From Mobula hypostoma (taxonomy: Eukaryota): a stretch of 64,000 nucleotides of DNA. Both the position numbers and the translations under genes were made by a program. Shown here in pieces: positions 11,801 through 24,700 of this stretch. Position 1 is the first letter of the stretch. Each line of letters begins with the position of its first letter. The stretch covers positions 57,288,001-57,352,000 of the forward strand of contig NC_086116.1 in the NCBI RefSeq assembly GCF_963921235.1, read 5' to 3'. A model generated the notes under the pieces. The model was not told the origin of the DNA. It saw only the letters and a program-made list of their open reading frames with translations, and made no database searches.

Positions 11801-14800
11801 ATGGCGGGAGGCTACAGCAGGGTATGCTGGGACAATGGGTTGAGCGCGGAGGAATTTCACAAAACAGTCACAGCTCCAGGATTTCACCAAGAACGATCAA
11901 ATATCCTAATGCTATTAGTGGTATTTTCCCCACCAGCCGCCACCCCCTCTCCCCAACCCCCACTTCTGTAAAATTCCCTCTATTTAATATGCAGCCGCTG
12001 TTAAATTCCCCCCTTGTTTATTTTGACTTTTTTTTACAGAGGGGCCGGAGTGGTGCTCTGGTGAGCTCCGGTAGCACTGCCCCCTGGAGACACACCATGA
12101 TCACATGTTCCACTATCTCCTGGACTTTAACAAAAATCACACTACCCACACCCATTCTTACCCACAACTGCCCAAGTGGAGTGGAAATTGCATGTCCAAA
12201 CCTCAGCCTCACCAACCACACATCCTCCCTCCTATTCCTTCCCAAAAGGCTCATCCCGTGAACTGTTGGAAACAAATTGTAATACTGCCTCTCGAGCCCA
12301 CCCCTATCCCACAATTTCTGACATTTCCCAATCCCAACCAACCCTGCTTAAGGGTCTCGGCTTGAAACATCGACTCTTTTCTTCTCCATTGATGTTACCT
12401 GGCCTGCTGAGTTCCTCCAGCACTTTGTGTGTGTAACCTAATACAAGATTTGGTTTCATACCTTCCTATATTCACTATAATATCTGACTCTGTCTTAGTA
12501 AATGCCTGTTTTGCTGTGACATTTACCCTTTCATTACCCAATACACCCACCTGTGTAGGTATCCAACAAAACTGTACAGCTATTCCCACAATCTCCAGGA
12601 CAAATAGATTGTAATACACTTCCATTAACAGATCAGGTCTCTTTGAACCCTTTGATTCTAAACTCTGCTGTACAGAGGCAGAATCTATTGTTAACTATTT
12701 GTTAACTATTAACGACTCTACTTGGCTTAACTTGTTCAACCCATTGCAGACTAATGATAATGATCATAAATTCTGCTGTGTAGACAGACAACCCATCTGT
12801 CAGCCTTTTCCACACCTCAACATTAATATTCCTGCGCTCACCTGATTGCTAACTGGGTCTTTAGAACCATCTGTAAAGATGGGCAAAAAGGAATAAATAC
12901 TGTTTTCATAAATGACTACCCACTAGACCCTGTCTATCCCCAAGTAACTTCCACGATGGAACTCCTGGCCAGGCCACAGTTGGGCTAATCTGCAAACTGT
13001 CACACATATTCCTTAGTTATCTGCCCAAAACATTTACCAACTCTGCCAGTATATTCCCAACGATCCATTAAAACTGTATATGTCAAATGCAATGTCTCCC
13101 ACCTTACCATGAAAGTCAGAATCAGGTTTAATATCCCCAGCATATGTCATGAAATTTGTTATGGGAGACCTTAATGATGGATGCCTCCTTTTTGAGGCAC
13201 TGCTACTTGAAGATGTCCTGGATACTATGGAGACTAGTGCTCATGATAGAGCTGACTAAGTACACAACTCTCTGCAGCTTACTTTGATCCCGTATAGTCC
13301 ATGCCAAATGGTAATGCAGTCAGTTAGAATGCTCTCCATGGTACATCTGTAGAAATTTGCGAGTGCTTATGGTAACATAGCAAATCTCTTCAAACTCCTA
13401 ATGAAATATAGCCTCTGTCTTGCCTTCATTATAGCTGCATCAATATGTTGAGTCCAGTATGCAAGGCTCAATTTTTCCCTCAGCACGTCAAGAGGCATCT
13501 TGCCTAGCTCAACTCCCAATGCATCTTTGGTGTGGTCCGGATTCCTCCCCTACAGATTCCAAGTGTCTGGCCTGTAGGACACCGAACCTATATAAAACTG
13601 AACGAGCTGCCTCCCCATAAGTCATACAACCGTGGTCCAGACAAGTGCACATTAAAGCATGATATATTGTCAATAAAGCTCCACTGGAAGCGCCCAGTCA
13701 TACGCAGCCACACAGCCCATAAAGTTAATGACCTGCTTACATTTATCCTCTTAAAAACTTTATGTGTGTTCTCCAAGTCCGTCTTGCATCCAGCCATAAC
13801 CCCAAATATTTAAACACAGGAATTCTAGACACCAAATGTCCCTACAAATTAAGGTGAATATAATCCACCCTATGTTTCTAAGTAAAAGCCATGTATTTTG
13901 ATAAAGAAACAGAAAATTTAAAACCCCAGTCCAAAGACCATTGTTCCATTACTGATGACACTGTTCGCACAGACCTTCCCACATCGGCAGTATTACGACC
14001 CCTTTCCACAGTGCCTCATCATCAGCATGTAAAGCCAAACCGAACCCAGGCCCAACACCATCAAAATTATCAGATTAAACAATATTGGACTAATAACACT
14101 ATCTTGGGGAGTCCCATTATCCACTGAAAACTCTGATGACACTACTTCACCTACTCTCACTCTAAACGATGAGCCAAATAAAAAATCCAAAACCTAAAAC
14201 CCAGTTGTAAAACCTGCCACCCATACTGATACAGATGAAAGGTCTCAGCCCAAAACATCAACTGTACTCTTTCCCATAGATGCTGCCTGGCCTGCTGAGT
14301 TCCTCTAGCATTTTGTGTGTGTTGCTTGGATTTCCAACATCTGCAGATTTCCAGGTTGAACAACAAGCAGCACCACAGCCCTTTTCAAGTTTCCCAGAGG
14401 CATTCCTTGCTTCCAGACCTTAGTATAAAACTCAAGTAAATTCCCTGGGGCTGCCTCAGGCAGATGCTGCAGCATATGATAGCTGACCGTATCCTGTCCT
14501 GGGGCTGTAGTACTTGCACTATTGACAGCAAATTTCAGTTCAGCCAACGTAAAGTCATCACGGCATTCTCAAAATCTCTTGTTTCTCACAAATTATCCCA
14601 TCCTCCATCAAAATATGCTATTGTCTCTTAATATACTCATCCCCAAAATTGTCTTGTCCATGCATCTTTGCAAACATGTTTCATGGACATTTTGCCTTTT
14701 CTTTGTCTGGTGTAGCCAAATTTCCATTCTCCACTAACACCAGAATCTAGTTATAACCTCTGATACCTTTCACTTTCTTCAATATTTTCCACACCACCAT

Positions 14801-14899
14801 CATGCCAGTTTCCCTCCCAACTGATGAGCAAAATCCAATGTAAGTCACCCTTTTAGCAACTCTCCTTGATATTGCTCTTCTGAAAATTCATCAAGGCTG

Positions 14900-16440
14900 A
14901 TTCGCTTGTCCATTCATCCCTCCCCACTAATCTCCCTCACCTCCATTCAGGGCCCCAACCAGTCCTTCCAGGTGAGGCAGCATTTCATCTACGAATCTGC
15001 TGGGTTCGTCTGTTGTGTTTGGTGCTCTCAATGTAGCCTCCTCTATATTGGCGCGACCCGTCGTAAGCTGGGGGACTGCTTCGTTGAGCACCTCTGCCAC
15101 AAGCGGGACTACCTGGTGGCCAAGTATTTTGATTCCGATTCCCATTTTGACGTGTGGGTCCATGGCCTCTTCTTGTGCCAAGAGAGGCCACCTTCAGGAT
15201 GGAGAAGCAACATCTTATATGTCAGCAGAACAAGTGCAACACCTGCCCCTACACCTCCTCCCTCACTACCATTCAGGGCCCCAAACAGTCCTTCCAGGTG
15301 AGGCGACACTTCACCTGCGAGTCTTTTGGGGTCATCTACTGAATCCGGTGCTCCCAGTGTGGCTTCCTGTACATCGGTGAGACCTGACGTAGATTGGGAG
15401 ACTGCTTCACTAAGCATCTATGCTCCATCCAGCAGAAAAAGCAGAATCTCCCAGTGGCCACCCATTTTAATTCCACTTCCCATTCCCATTCCAACATGTC
15501 AGTCCATGACGTTCTCTCCTGCCGCGATGAGGTGAGGCCACACACTGGTTGGAGGAGCAACACCTTATATTCCATCTGGGTAGCCTCCAGCCTGAAGGCA
15601 TGTACATCAATTTCTCAAACTTCTGGTAATTGCCCCCCCCCCACTTCACCGTTCCCCATTTCCATTTTACTTTCTCACCTTAACTCCTTACCTGCCCATC
15701 ACCTCCCTCTGGTGTTCCTCCCCCTTTCCTTTCTTACGTGGTCTTCTACCCTCTCCTATCAGATTCCCTCTTCTCTAGCCCTTTATCGCTCACACCAATC
15801 AACTTCCCACCTCCTTACTTCACCTCTTCCCTCCTCCCAGTTTCACCTACCACCAACCACTTTGTACTTCTTCCTCCCCTCCCCCACCTTCTTACTCAGA
15901 CTTCTCATCTTTTTTTTCCAGTCCTAATGAAGGGTTTTGGCCCAAAACGTCGACTGTTTATTCATTTCCATAGACGTTGCCTGGCCCGCTGAGTTCCTCC
16001 AGTACTTTGTGTAGATTTACAGCACCTGCAGATTTTCCTCATATTCTGTCTGGGTAGCCTTCAACCTTTTGGCATGAATATCAATTTCTCTTTCCATTTA
16101 AAAAAAAAATTCCCTCGCACTCTCTCACCTCTCCCTAGTGCCCCTCCTCCTTCCCTTCCTCCTATGGTCCACTATCCTCTCCTACCAGATTCCTTCCTCT
16201 CCAGCCCTTTGTCTTCCCTTTCCACCTGGCTTCACCTATCACTTTCTCTATCCTTCTTCCTATTAACCTCCCATATTTTTATTCTGGTGTCTTTCCCCTT
16301 GCTTCCCAGTCCTGGGGAAGGGTCTCGGCCCAAAATGTCAACTCTTTATTTATTTCCATACGTGCTGCCTGACCTGCTAAGTTCCTCCAACGTTTTGTGC
16401 GTGTTGCTTTGGGTTTCCAGTATTTTCAGAATTTCTCATG
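14900..16440 (+). mobile_element. Tandem Penelope-like element fragments (GIY-YIG endonuclease plus terminal repeat)
   Basis: VIY...CSQCGFLYIGET..RLGDCFTKHL...PVATHFNS, followed by a pyrimidine-rich tail and degenerate hammerhead motifs at about 15919 and 16305. Confidence 0.82.
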
Positions 16441-16969
16441 TTCACCAATGTAACTATGTTGAACGCAGGCCAACAACATAAGTCACGAATTCAATTGTTC
16501 CCTTTGATTTCCCTGAAGCAGAGCAGTTCAGCCAGTTCAGTCAGTTGCTCGCCTCTAGTGACCCGCAGGTGACAGATACAGATCACCCTATTCTTAAACT
16601 TGCATGTTCTATCTTACCAAAGAACATCTCCCAAACAGCTTCTTACTTGGAAAAGATCTTTAGTTCATCATATTATCAATAGAGGCCTCATTTAATTTCT
16701 TTGATCCAGCTATTCCTGAATAAAACCAATTTGTAAAACAGTTCACAAAATGGAGATTGAAGAACAATTTCACAAATTGGCAACCTTTATTCCTTTAACC
16801 GTGTGGCAAGTACAGAGGCACTTGGTTTGTCTACTTTCACTGTCCTTGACTGATTCCAGTTAAGCATTTAAATGCTTCCTTCCATGCTTTAATTCCTTCA
16901 TGGCCAATGGGGTGGAGAGAATGAAGTGTGGGAGGGGGAAGGGGAGGTGGTGGAAACTCACAAAACTAC

Positions 16970-17610
16970 CCAAGAAGCACAAGATAGTGTCTCTTAATGA
17001 CTACTCTCGAGTGGCTCTAACATCTTCCATCATGAAGTGCTTCAAGGAGCTGGTCGTGGCACACATTTCCACATAACTTTGACCCACTGCAGTTTGCCTG
17101 CAGACCAATCAGGTTTACAGCAGATGCCATCTCCCTGACCCTACATTCATCTCTGAAGCATCTGGACAGTAAAGATACCTATGTCCTGATGTGTGGTCAG
17201 ATTCTGTTCTAACTCCCATCTATATATTTGCAGATGATATCACTGCAGTGGGCCGAATCTCAAATAATGATGAGTTGGAGTACAGGAAGGACATAGAGAG
17301 CTTAGTGACACAGTGTCATGACAACAACCTTTCCTTCAGTGTCAACAAAAGAGTTGGTCATTGGCTTCAGAAGGAAGGGTGGGGTGGCAATGCATCTGCT
17401 CCTCTCTATCTCAATGATGTTGAGGTTGACAGCTTCACATTCTAGGTATGAACATTACAAGTAGCCTGTCCTTACCAACCTCCTTGATGTCATGATCAAG
17501 GAGGGTCACCAACGCCTCTACTTCCTCAGAAGACTAAAGAAATTCAGCATGCCCCTGTCAATTCTGACCAATTTTTACCGATGCACCATAGAAAGCATTC
17601 TCTCTGGATG
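16970..17610 (+). mobile_element. Rex1/Babar-like LINE RT fragment
   Basis: YIFADDITAVGRISNNDELEYRKDIESL and QRLYFLRRLKKF...FYRCTIESILSG. Confidence 0.8.
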
Positions 17611-17611
17611 G

Positions 17612-18080
17612 ACAGTACTGTGCAAAAGTTTTAGGCACATATATATAGCTAGGGTGCCTAATACTTTTGCACAGTACTGTATTTGTCAACGTGGAGTGGA
17701 GAGCCAGTTTGTAAATCTGGCAGAAGCAAAGGATGCTGAGAGTGGTGAGAGAGGAGTACCTCGCGAGGAGTGTGGGACAGGTGACAGAGATGGCGTGTCA
17801 GGTTCGGGGGTGGGGGGGAGGTGTAGGTGCAGACACACCCAGCCCTGAGGCACTAGGCAAGGTCATTTGATTCTTAACAATTGTTTTAGTGATCATTACA
17901 GAATGTCTCCCTGGTGTTTCCCACTCCCTCCCCTTTCCCCAAGCAAGATACCTCTCTCCCTGCCCCCTTCTCACTGTCAGTCCACAATAGAGACCCATAT
18001 CAGAATCGGGTTTATCATCACTCATATATGTCATGAAATTTGTTTTTTTTTCCGGCAGCAGTACAGTGCAGTACATAAAC
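17612..18080 (-). mobile_element. Non-autonomous repeat with a Tc1-TIR-like hairpin end (copy 1)
   Basis: Hairpin CAGTACTGTGCAAAAGTTTTAGGCAC-loop-GTGCCTAATACTTTTGCACAGTACTG at about 17614-17679. The body is shared, inverted, with 21605-21950 and 43001-43620. Confidence 0.7.
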
Positions 18081-18427
18081 AGACCCCACTGTGAACTGTG
18101 AAGCAAGGTCCTGTTATAGCCACAACACTCTCCAGTGTTTCTCACAGCAGTGTCATAAGTCACCAACAGTGGAACGAATAAACAGCAGCTGTTGGAAACT
18201 ATTCAACCTTCTTCTCATCCACTACAGCTCAACATCTGAGCTGCAGGATGTAGTTAGCACTGGTGTGTACATGTATTTGAAGGCTGAGCTTCAGTCGCCA
18301 TAGACTGATGCATTGGAACATGAGAGAATAGACCTTGCAATTAAAATCCTTAAATCTAAAGTCCATTACCAAACAGGCCCTGCTCTACAATACTGCCTTT
18401 TGACAGTGAAGGTTCACAACGTGACCC

Positions 18428-18512
18428 TGGAAATATAATCACTTCCTTTTCCTTGGGAGCCACCTCTCAAGGAAGGTGGACATTAGCGTTGAAATTCTGT
18501 TTCACCTTCAGT
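18428..18512 (+). promoter_or_regulatory. Candidate proximal promoter of the Ig-NLR gene (PU.1/ETS and IRF-like sites)
   Basis: CACTTCCTTTT (reverse complement AAAAGGAAGTG) at 18440-18450 and GTTTCACCTTC (ISRE-like, one mismatch) at about 18499-18509, in non-repetitive DNA 170-240 bp upstream of the ATG. Short motif matches only. Confidence 0.3.
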
Positions 18513-18678
18513 ATCATCACAATCCTGAGTCATCTGAGGACAAGAGTGTTTAAAGGTTATTCCTGACACACAGCTCTCTGTGTTAACTTAGTTATTTATT
18601 TGTCATAACTCAGCTCTGATAAAGATTTGCAGAAGATGCTCAAAAGAGGTAACTCATTCTAGTTTTAATTTCAGGACA

Positions 18679-18739
18679 ATGGATTTTACTTTGGCGAGGA
18701 TATTGTTGGCGTTCCTTCTCTTCAGGGAGCTTGAAATGG
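18679..18739 (+). CDS. Exon 1: signal peptide MDFTLARILLAFLLFRELEM(G)
   Basis: ATG in ACAATGG context, hydrophobic core ILLAFLLF, donor G|GTGAGT, phase 1 as is typical for a leader exon before an Ig exon. Confidence 0.8.
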
Positions 18740-21700
18740 GTGAGTGGTTGCCTCTGTGGAGAGATTTGTATAAGTTTGTCAGGTTGATTCTTACAAGTTA
18801 GGAAGGTGACCTTAAGTCACTCAAGTTTCCTGTGATTGTTCTTAGAGTAATTCAAGGATCTAGGAGTAATCCCTTTGCTCAACAAAATAATACGTGTGCA
18901 CGCTCGCACGTGCACGTGCACACACAGACACGCATGCAGACAGACATACAAGCACACACATACACGCACACAGACTCTCAAATACACATGCAGACACAGA
19001 CACACACATCTTCTTTTATTTATTTGTTCATTCTGTTGTCATTTATTCTCTTACTTTCATCTTAATTTCATTTCTGATATTCTCAGCTCAGTTCAAGTTT
19101 AATTATCATTCAACCATACACGAATACAGCCAAACAAAACAGTGTTCCTCTGGAGCCAAGGTGCAACTCACAGTACCAACAGTCACAGACAGCACAATGG
19201 ACATATAGTATCAATAAGATAGCAAGCACATATAAGATGTCAGTAAAATACAGTCACACAAAAAAAATACATCCAAGACCCTGAGTCCGTGAATGTTACC
19301 TGAGTCTGCAGTCGAACACAATACTACTTGTTTTCTGCTGAGCAACCACTGGGGGCTGGCACTGACTCCAGCAAGGAAGCTCCACCAAACTGCCTCTGGT
19401 GGAGCACAATTCTCCAGGGTGGCTGTAAACAGGTGACACTGTGGCTCGGGGTCTCGTCCTCGCTATGACTGAATCCGTACAGTTCACCCGCCATCCACCC
19501 AATAAATCAGTGAATTGTACTTGCAGCGTTCCACATGAGCAATGTCCAGCACGGTCTTGCAATCACAAGAGAAGCTACTAAGACGCTCACTCACTGTTAG
19601 ACTGCACACTGCCTTCACGGACTGACTCCTCCGACACCTCTCTGTCCACACCAAGTCCACTTCCTTCTGTTTCTCTGCCAATGAGCAACTCGCTGATGGG
19701 GTAGGCTTGCAGTAACTTGTCTCCTGCAAGAATCTGAATCTTAATTTCACCTCTAACATCCCTCGTTGTAAAGTAACATCTGAAGAAGTGTAACAGGGAG
19801 CCAGGGGACATGGAAACAAGTCAGTGAGCTAATTGTGACGTGCTGGAAGTTATAGTGAAAAATCTGTTAATGCACAAGACTATGGAGGTAGATGAGCCCA
19901 ACTTTATTCACAAAATAATACATTTTTTAAAAATTTTCTATTGTTTTTACAAGATGCAAAAGTGTGGAGATTCAAGATCAAGATTCCAGATTGTTTATTG
20001 AACTCCAACTTTATTTGCAAGTAATATATATATCTTTATTTCCTGATATTTTTACTAGGTATAGGGTCTTTCTCCCAGTCCTATGGGAAATTGAATGGAG
20101 ATGTCTTGTTGCCCTGCACCTTTCCAGTTGCAGCCAGCCTCAATCTGCACAACCTGGTTATCACATGGCAGCGGACAGACACTCTCACTGTGGTTTACAG
20201 CTTCTACTCTGGATTGGACCATCCAGAGCATCAGGATGCACAGTTCAGAGGCCGCACTCAGCTGTTTCACTCAGAATTCCTCAAAGGGAATGTGAGCCTA
20301 AAATTGGAAAGCATGACATTATTCGACGTGGGTAACTACACCTGCTTTGTATTTGAAGAAGAAGGGACTGAATACACTGAGACCATTGTGGAATTAAGAT
20401 TAAATGGTGAGTGCATGAAATGGTGTGATAGTAAAAGCAAAGTGAGTGAATGACATTGGATCACGCCATACAGAAAAGGATGCTGTCCATCCGACTGTGA
20501 TGTCTGTCTACACCAGTCCCATTAGGCCCACATTCCTCTGTGCCTCTCCCGTCCAGGTACCTTTCTAAATGCCTTTCAGATATTATAATTGAACATGCCT
20601 CTACGAGTACCCTTGGAGCTCGTTCCACATAACCACCTCCCTCTGACTGATCACCTTTAAATTTCTCCTTTCACTGTACGCTAGCTTCAGACTTCCCGCC
20701 CTGGGAAAGATTCCTACTATCTACACAAGCATACCCAATGCTCTATCCACCAATGTCACCACTTTGAGTGAGCTATAGACTTGATTCCAAAGCTCCTCTG
20801 GACATCAGCACTCCTGAGGTCCCAGCCACTTACTATATATCCAACTAGAGTTCAACTTCCCAAATTATATTAGCTCACACTTAAAGTCCATCTGCCACCA
20901 CTCACGTTCCAATTGATTTATGTCCCTTTGTCATTAGAAAGCCTTCTTTACTCTCTATGACTCTTAACAGTCTTCTTGTCTGCAGACTTTCTGATAAGAT
21001 CACCTACATTCTCATCCAAGTAATTTATATGCATTGCAAACAAGAAAGGTCCCAACAAGAAGATCTACAGTGCATCTTTTTCCAGGCAGAGAAACAGCCA
21101 TTCCCCATTACCCTCTGCTTCCTATCTCCGAGACAAACTTGGATCCAGTTTCTCCACGTATTTCAGGTTCACTGTTCTTTCGCCTTCCGGAACCCTCCTA
21201 CCATACAGGACCTTGTCAAAAGTCAAAAAGCCTTACTGAAATCCATGTAATCCCTTCATACCATGTTGCCTTTGTAAATTTTAGACCATAAACCAAGAGC
21301 AGAATTAGGCTACTTGGCCCATTGAGTCTACTCCGCCATTCCATCATGGCTGATTTATTATCCCTCTCAACCCCATTCTCCTGTCTTCTCCACGTAACCT
21401 TTGACATCCTTACTAGAGATGAATCTATCAACCTTTGCTTTAAATATACTCAATGACTTGGCTTCACAGCCATCCGTGACAATGAATTCCACAGATTAAC
21501 GGTCCTCTGGCTAAAGAAATCCTTTTCATTTCTGTTCTAAAGAAACATATTTTTATTCAGAGTCTGTGCCCTCAAGTCCGAGACTTCGCCCTATCCATTC
21601 CATCTACAGTACTGTGCAAAAGTCGCAGGCACATATATATAGTGAGGAAGCCTAAGACTTTTGCACAGAACTGTAATAATATTATGTATTGTACTGTTCT

Positions 21701-24700
21701 GCTGCCACAGAAAAATGAAACAAATTTCATGACATATGTAAGCAATGATAAGCCCGATTCTGATGTTAGTCTCTTGTGGACTCAGAGTGGGAAGGGGGTA
21801 GGGAGAGTGGTTGGGAAAAGGAGAAGGGAGAGATGAGATGGGAGGGAGGAGAAGGCACCAGAAAGACATTCTGTACTGATCAATAAACCAATTGTTTGGA
21901 ATCAAATGACCTTGTCTGGTATCTCAGGGCTGGGTATATCTGCACTCGTTCCAGATTAGAGAAGCTGGTTAGAATGGCAGAACAGGTTGACAAGGAGGAG
22001 GTGATGAAATTTAATAAATATAACTGAATATGATTGGCTTTATTTCCCACATGTACATTAAAGCATACAGTGAAGTGTGTAATTCAGGGATGTAAATATG
22101 TTGAAGTGTGAATTGGGTACATTCGACATTTCGGGCTGAGACGAAACGTAGACTGTACTCTTTCCCATTGATACTGCCTGGCCTGCTGAGTTCCTCCAGC
22201 ATTTTGCATGTGTTGCTTGGATTTCCAGCATGTGCAGATTTTCTCTTGTTTGGAAGTGTGAATTGATGCCTTTTGGCCAAATGAACAAGGAGATTCTAAA
22301 CCAGAGGCTTTAGAGCACAACCCAAAGGATGTGCAGGAAAAAGGTCAGCATGAGCCATTCACTGCCAGAATATGTTAAGAGCATGGTTTGTAATGCTGTT
22401 AAAATCCTACATTTCATTATCAAAGCATGCAGTGCAAAGTTGGGATACTGTGTTGAATCTTTATAAAGTGGTGAGTTTGAATCTGGTTCTAGTGACAATT
22501 TTTAGGGAGGATTTGAAGTTGCTTGAGGAGCTAAGATGTTGAATGGTGAGAGAGATGAAGTTTTTATCTAAGGCTAGTCTGGAGAAGTTAAGATTGTTTT
22601 CCTTGGGGCCAGGAAGGGTGAAAGGAGATTTGATTGAAGTGTAGTAGGTGGTAAAATTATCTCCCACGTGCCTTCAACAAGAGGAACAAAAGTGAGCTTG
22701 GGACTCGGGAATTAATACATAAAGGAAAGGTTAAGTTTCTTGTGAGTAAGGTAGATTGAAAAAGGGGAGATTTTCAGATGAACATCAAAAAAAAAACTGC
22801 AGAGTCTAGAAATGTGAAATAAAAGTGGGAAATGCTGGAAACATGCATCATCTGTGGGAAAGGAAACCGCTGATGTTTCAGGTCTGAAACTATTGCCAGA
22901 ACTGGGAAAGAAGGGAAGTTAATTTTCAACAATCCACATTAAATGATGGGAGGAATGAGGAAAATAAAAAGAATTCCTCTGATGGAATGAAAACAAATGA
23001 GTTAACAGAAGCAGGTGGAATTGGATTGCTTCTTTGTCTATGTAACGTGCTGCTAAGAATAGGACAGCCATGCCCAGCAGCCAGGAATGTACTGGTAGAA
23101 AATTAAAATGGAGCCGTAGATGGCAAATGGAAATGGCTAATTCTGAGATAAACAGAGAGGAAGAGTTATTTGTCTAAAGTTGGAAATTTGGACACAGTCT
23201 GGAAGGCTGCAATGTGCCTTGAAAGAAGGTGAGGTATTGTTCCTTAAGTTAGCTTTGGGTCTTCTTGTAACAGTGCAGGAGGTCATAGAGAGACATGTCT
23301 GTCTGTGTGTAACTCTGTATGAACACTACTCCCATTTCATTTTTTTGTACTATTTATTGTAATTTATAGTAAGTTTATGTCTTTATACTCGACTGCTGTT
23401 GCAAAACAACAAATTTGACACGATATGATAATAAATCTGATTCTGAGCTGCTATCAGACAGGTTTTAATAATCCTCTTAACTATAAGGTAATCAACATTT
23501 ATACATCTCTTTTTTGAGTGGAACATCTTGTGATCATGTTTCATCTCCTTTGCCTATGAGACAGTTTAACCATTTGGTTTTGTTCTTAATATCCTAGATA
23601 CATCACGGATTAATGGAATAGATGCCGCTGGTCCCGCTTCAGAAAGACAACATTATGGATCTCCACCTGCAGTAGTGTTTGTTTTAATCACAGCTGCAAT
23701 TTTACTTTTCCAAATCAAATCCAAGAAGCAACAAGATCTTGAAAGTGAGTAACATATTGAGAAAACTGGGCACTCGCGACACAAACTGTACAACTATAGA
23801 TACAATGGGGGAGCCACAGTGATCCGGTCTCTGGCACTGAGTCTGGTGTTGTGGCTCAGAAAAGCAGAGAGGTAAAGAGGACTGCAGTGTTAATAGCTGA
23901 TTCCTTAGACAGAGGAACAAAGACAAGATTTTGTGGGTATGACAGAGACAACCTCATGGTATTTTGCCTCCGTGGTTCATGATCAGGAATGTCTAGGATC
24001 ATGTCCTTGGTATTCTCAAGGGTGAGGGTGAGCAGCCAGAAGTGTTGGTACATATTGGCATCAATGACATAGGTAGACAAGGTGAGGAGGTCCTGAAGAG
24101 AGATTTTAGGGAGCTGGGTAGAAAGCTGAGAAATGGGATCTCCAGGGTAGTAATCTCGGGATTGTTGCCTGTGCCAAGTGCCAGTGAGGGTAAGAATAGG
24201 ATGATTTGGCAGGTGAATGCGTGGCTGAGGAACTGGTGCAGGGGGCAGGGGTTCAGATTTATGGATCGTTGAAATCTCTTCTGGGGAAGGTATGACCTAT
24301 ACAAAAGGGATGGGTTACATCTGAACCAGAAGGTGTCCAATACCCTTGCGGGCAGGTTGGCTGGAGTTGTTTGGGGGAAATTTAAACTAATTTGGCAGGG
24401 GGATGGGAATCGGAGTGATAGTACAGAAAATGAGTTGGTTTACAAACAGAGGCAATGTGTACTAAGACTCCTAGCAAGGAGAGGCTGAACATAGGGCAAA
24501 ATTACAGTCAACAGGATGAGTTACAACAAAAGGCAGACAAAATCCACAAGGGTGAATATAGGCCTGAAGAAGAAGAAGAAAACCCTTAACTCTGGGTGGA
24601 GTCATCGGGACGCCATTATGACGGTGTTTTTTTAGCAGGCTTTCTTATTTTTACGAGGCCAAGTTGCTAGCTCGACACTCAACCCAGCACGGATGGAAAG

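Larger units (their letters stand above)
8100..12086 (-). mobile_element. hAT DNA transposon (ZNF862-like transposase), degenerate
   Basis: TIRs CAGGGCCGCAGTGCTA / CAGGGGGCAGTGCTA, 8-bp TSD GTGACACA/GAGACACA. Fragmented ORFs 9031-10718 include ASDGASVML, WHCLNHRLE and CERGFSHMN. Confidence 0.88.
7676..14900 (-). mobile_element. I-clade (Nimb-like) LINE with RNase H, split by the hAT insertion at 8100-12086
   Basis: RT remnants TAPGQDTVSYHMLQHL and GTPQDSVISPILF; RNase H FCWIPTQVGVLGNERVNVTAKQA; RLRFGH. The C-terminal VEHVIMVC continues as HRYLLEGRKLFRQLL across the hAT TSD. 3' motif CAGTAGGTGGC near 7910 and GAA tail near 7680. Also carries small Rex1 and Penelope inserts. Confidence 0.75.

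Noticed and set aside
10926-12261. Long overlapping ORFs (260 aa on -, 252 aa on +) as novel genes
   Set aside because: They are explained by a Tigger fragment read through a GC-rich retro-insert bounded by a TSD, and by its antisense.
20091-20453. IgV ORF as a single-exon or secreted protein ending ...NGECMKWCDSKSKVSE*
   Set aside because: The extension is read-through of a consensus donor at 20407 and I saw no nearby poly(A) signal. A soluble isoform by intron retention cannot be excluded but has no support.
20407-23597. A second Ig (IgC) exon, as expected for B7/BTN genes
   Set aside because: The interval is CR1, Penelope and hairpin-repeat debris, with no C-set Cys/Trp pattern bounded by phase-1 sites.
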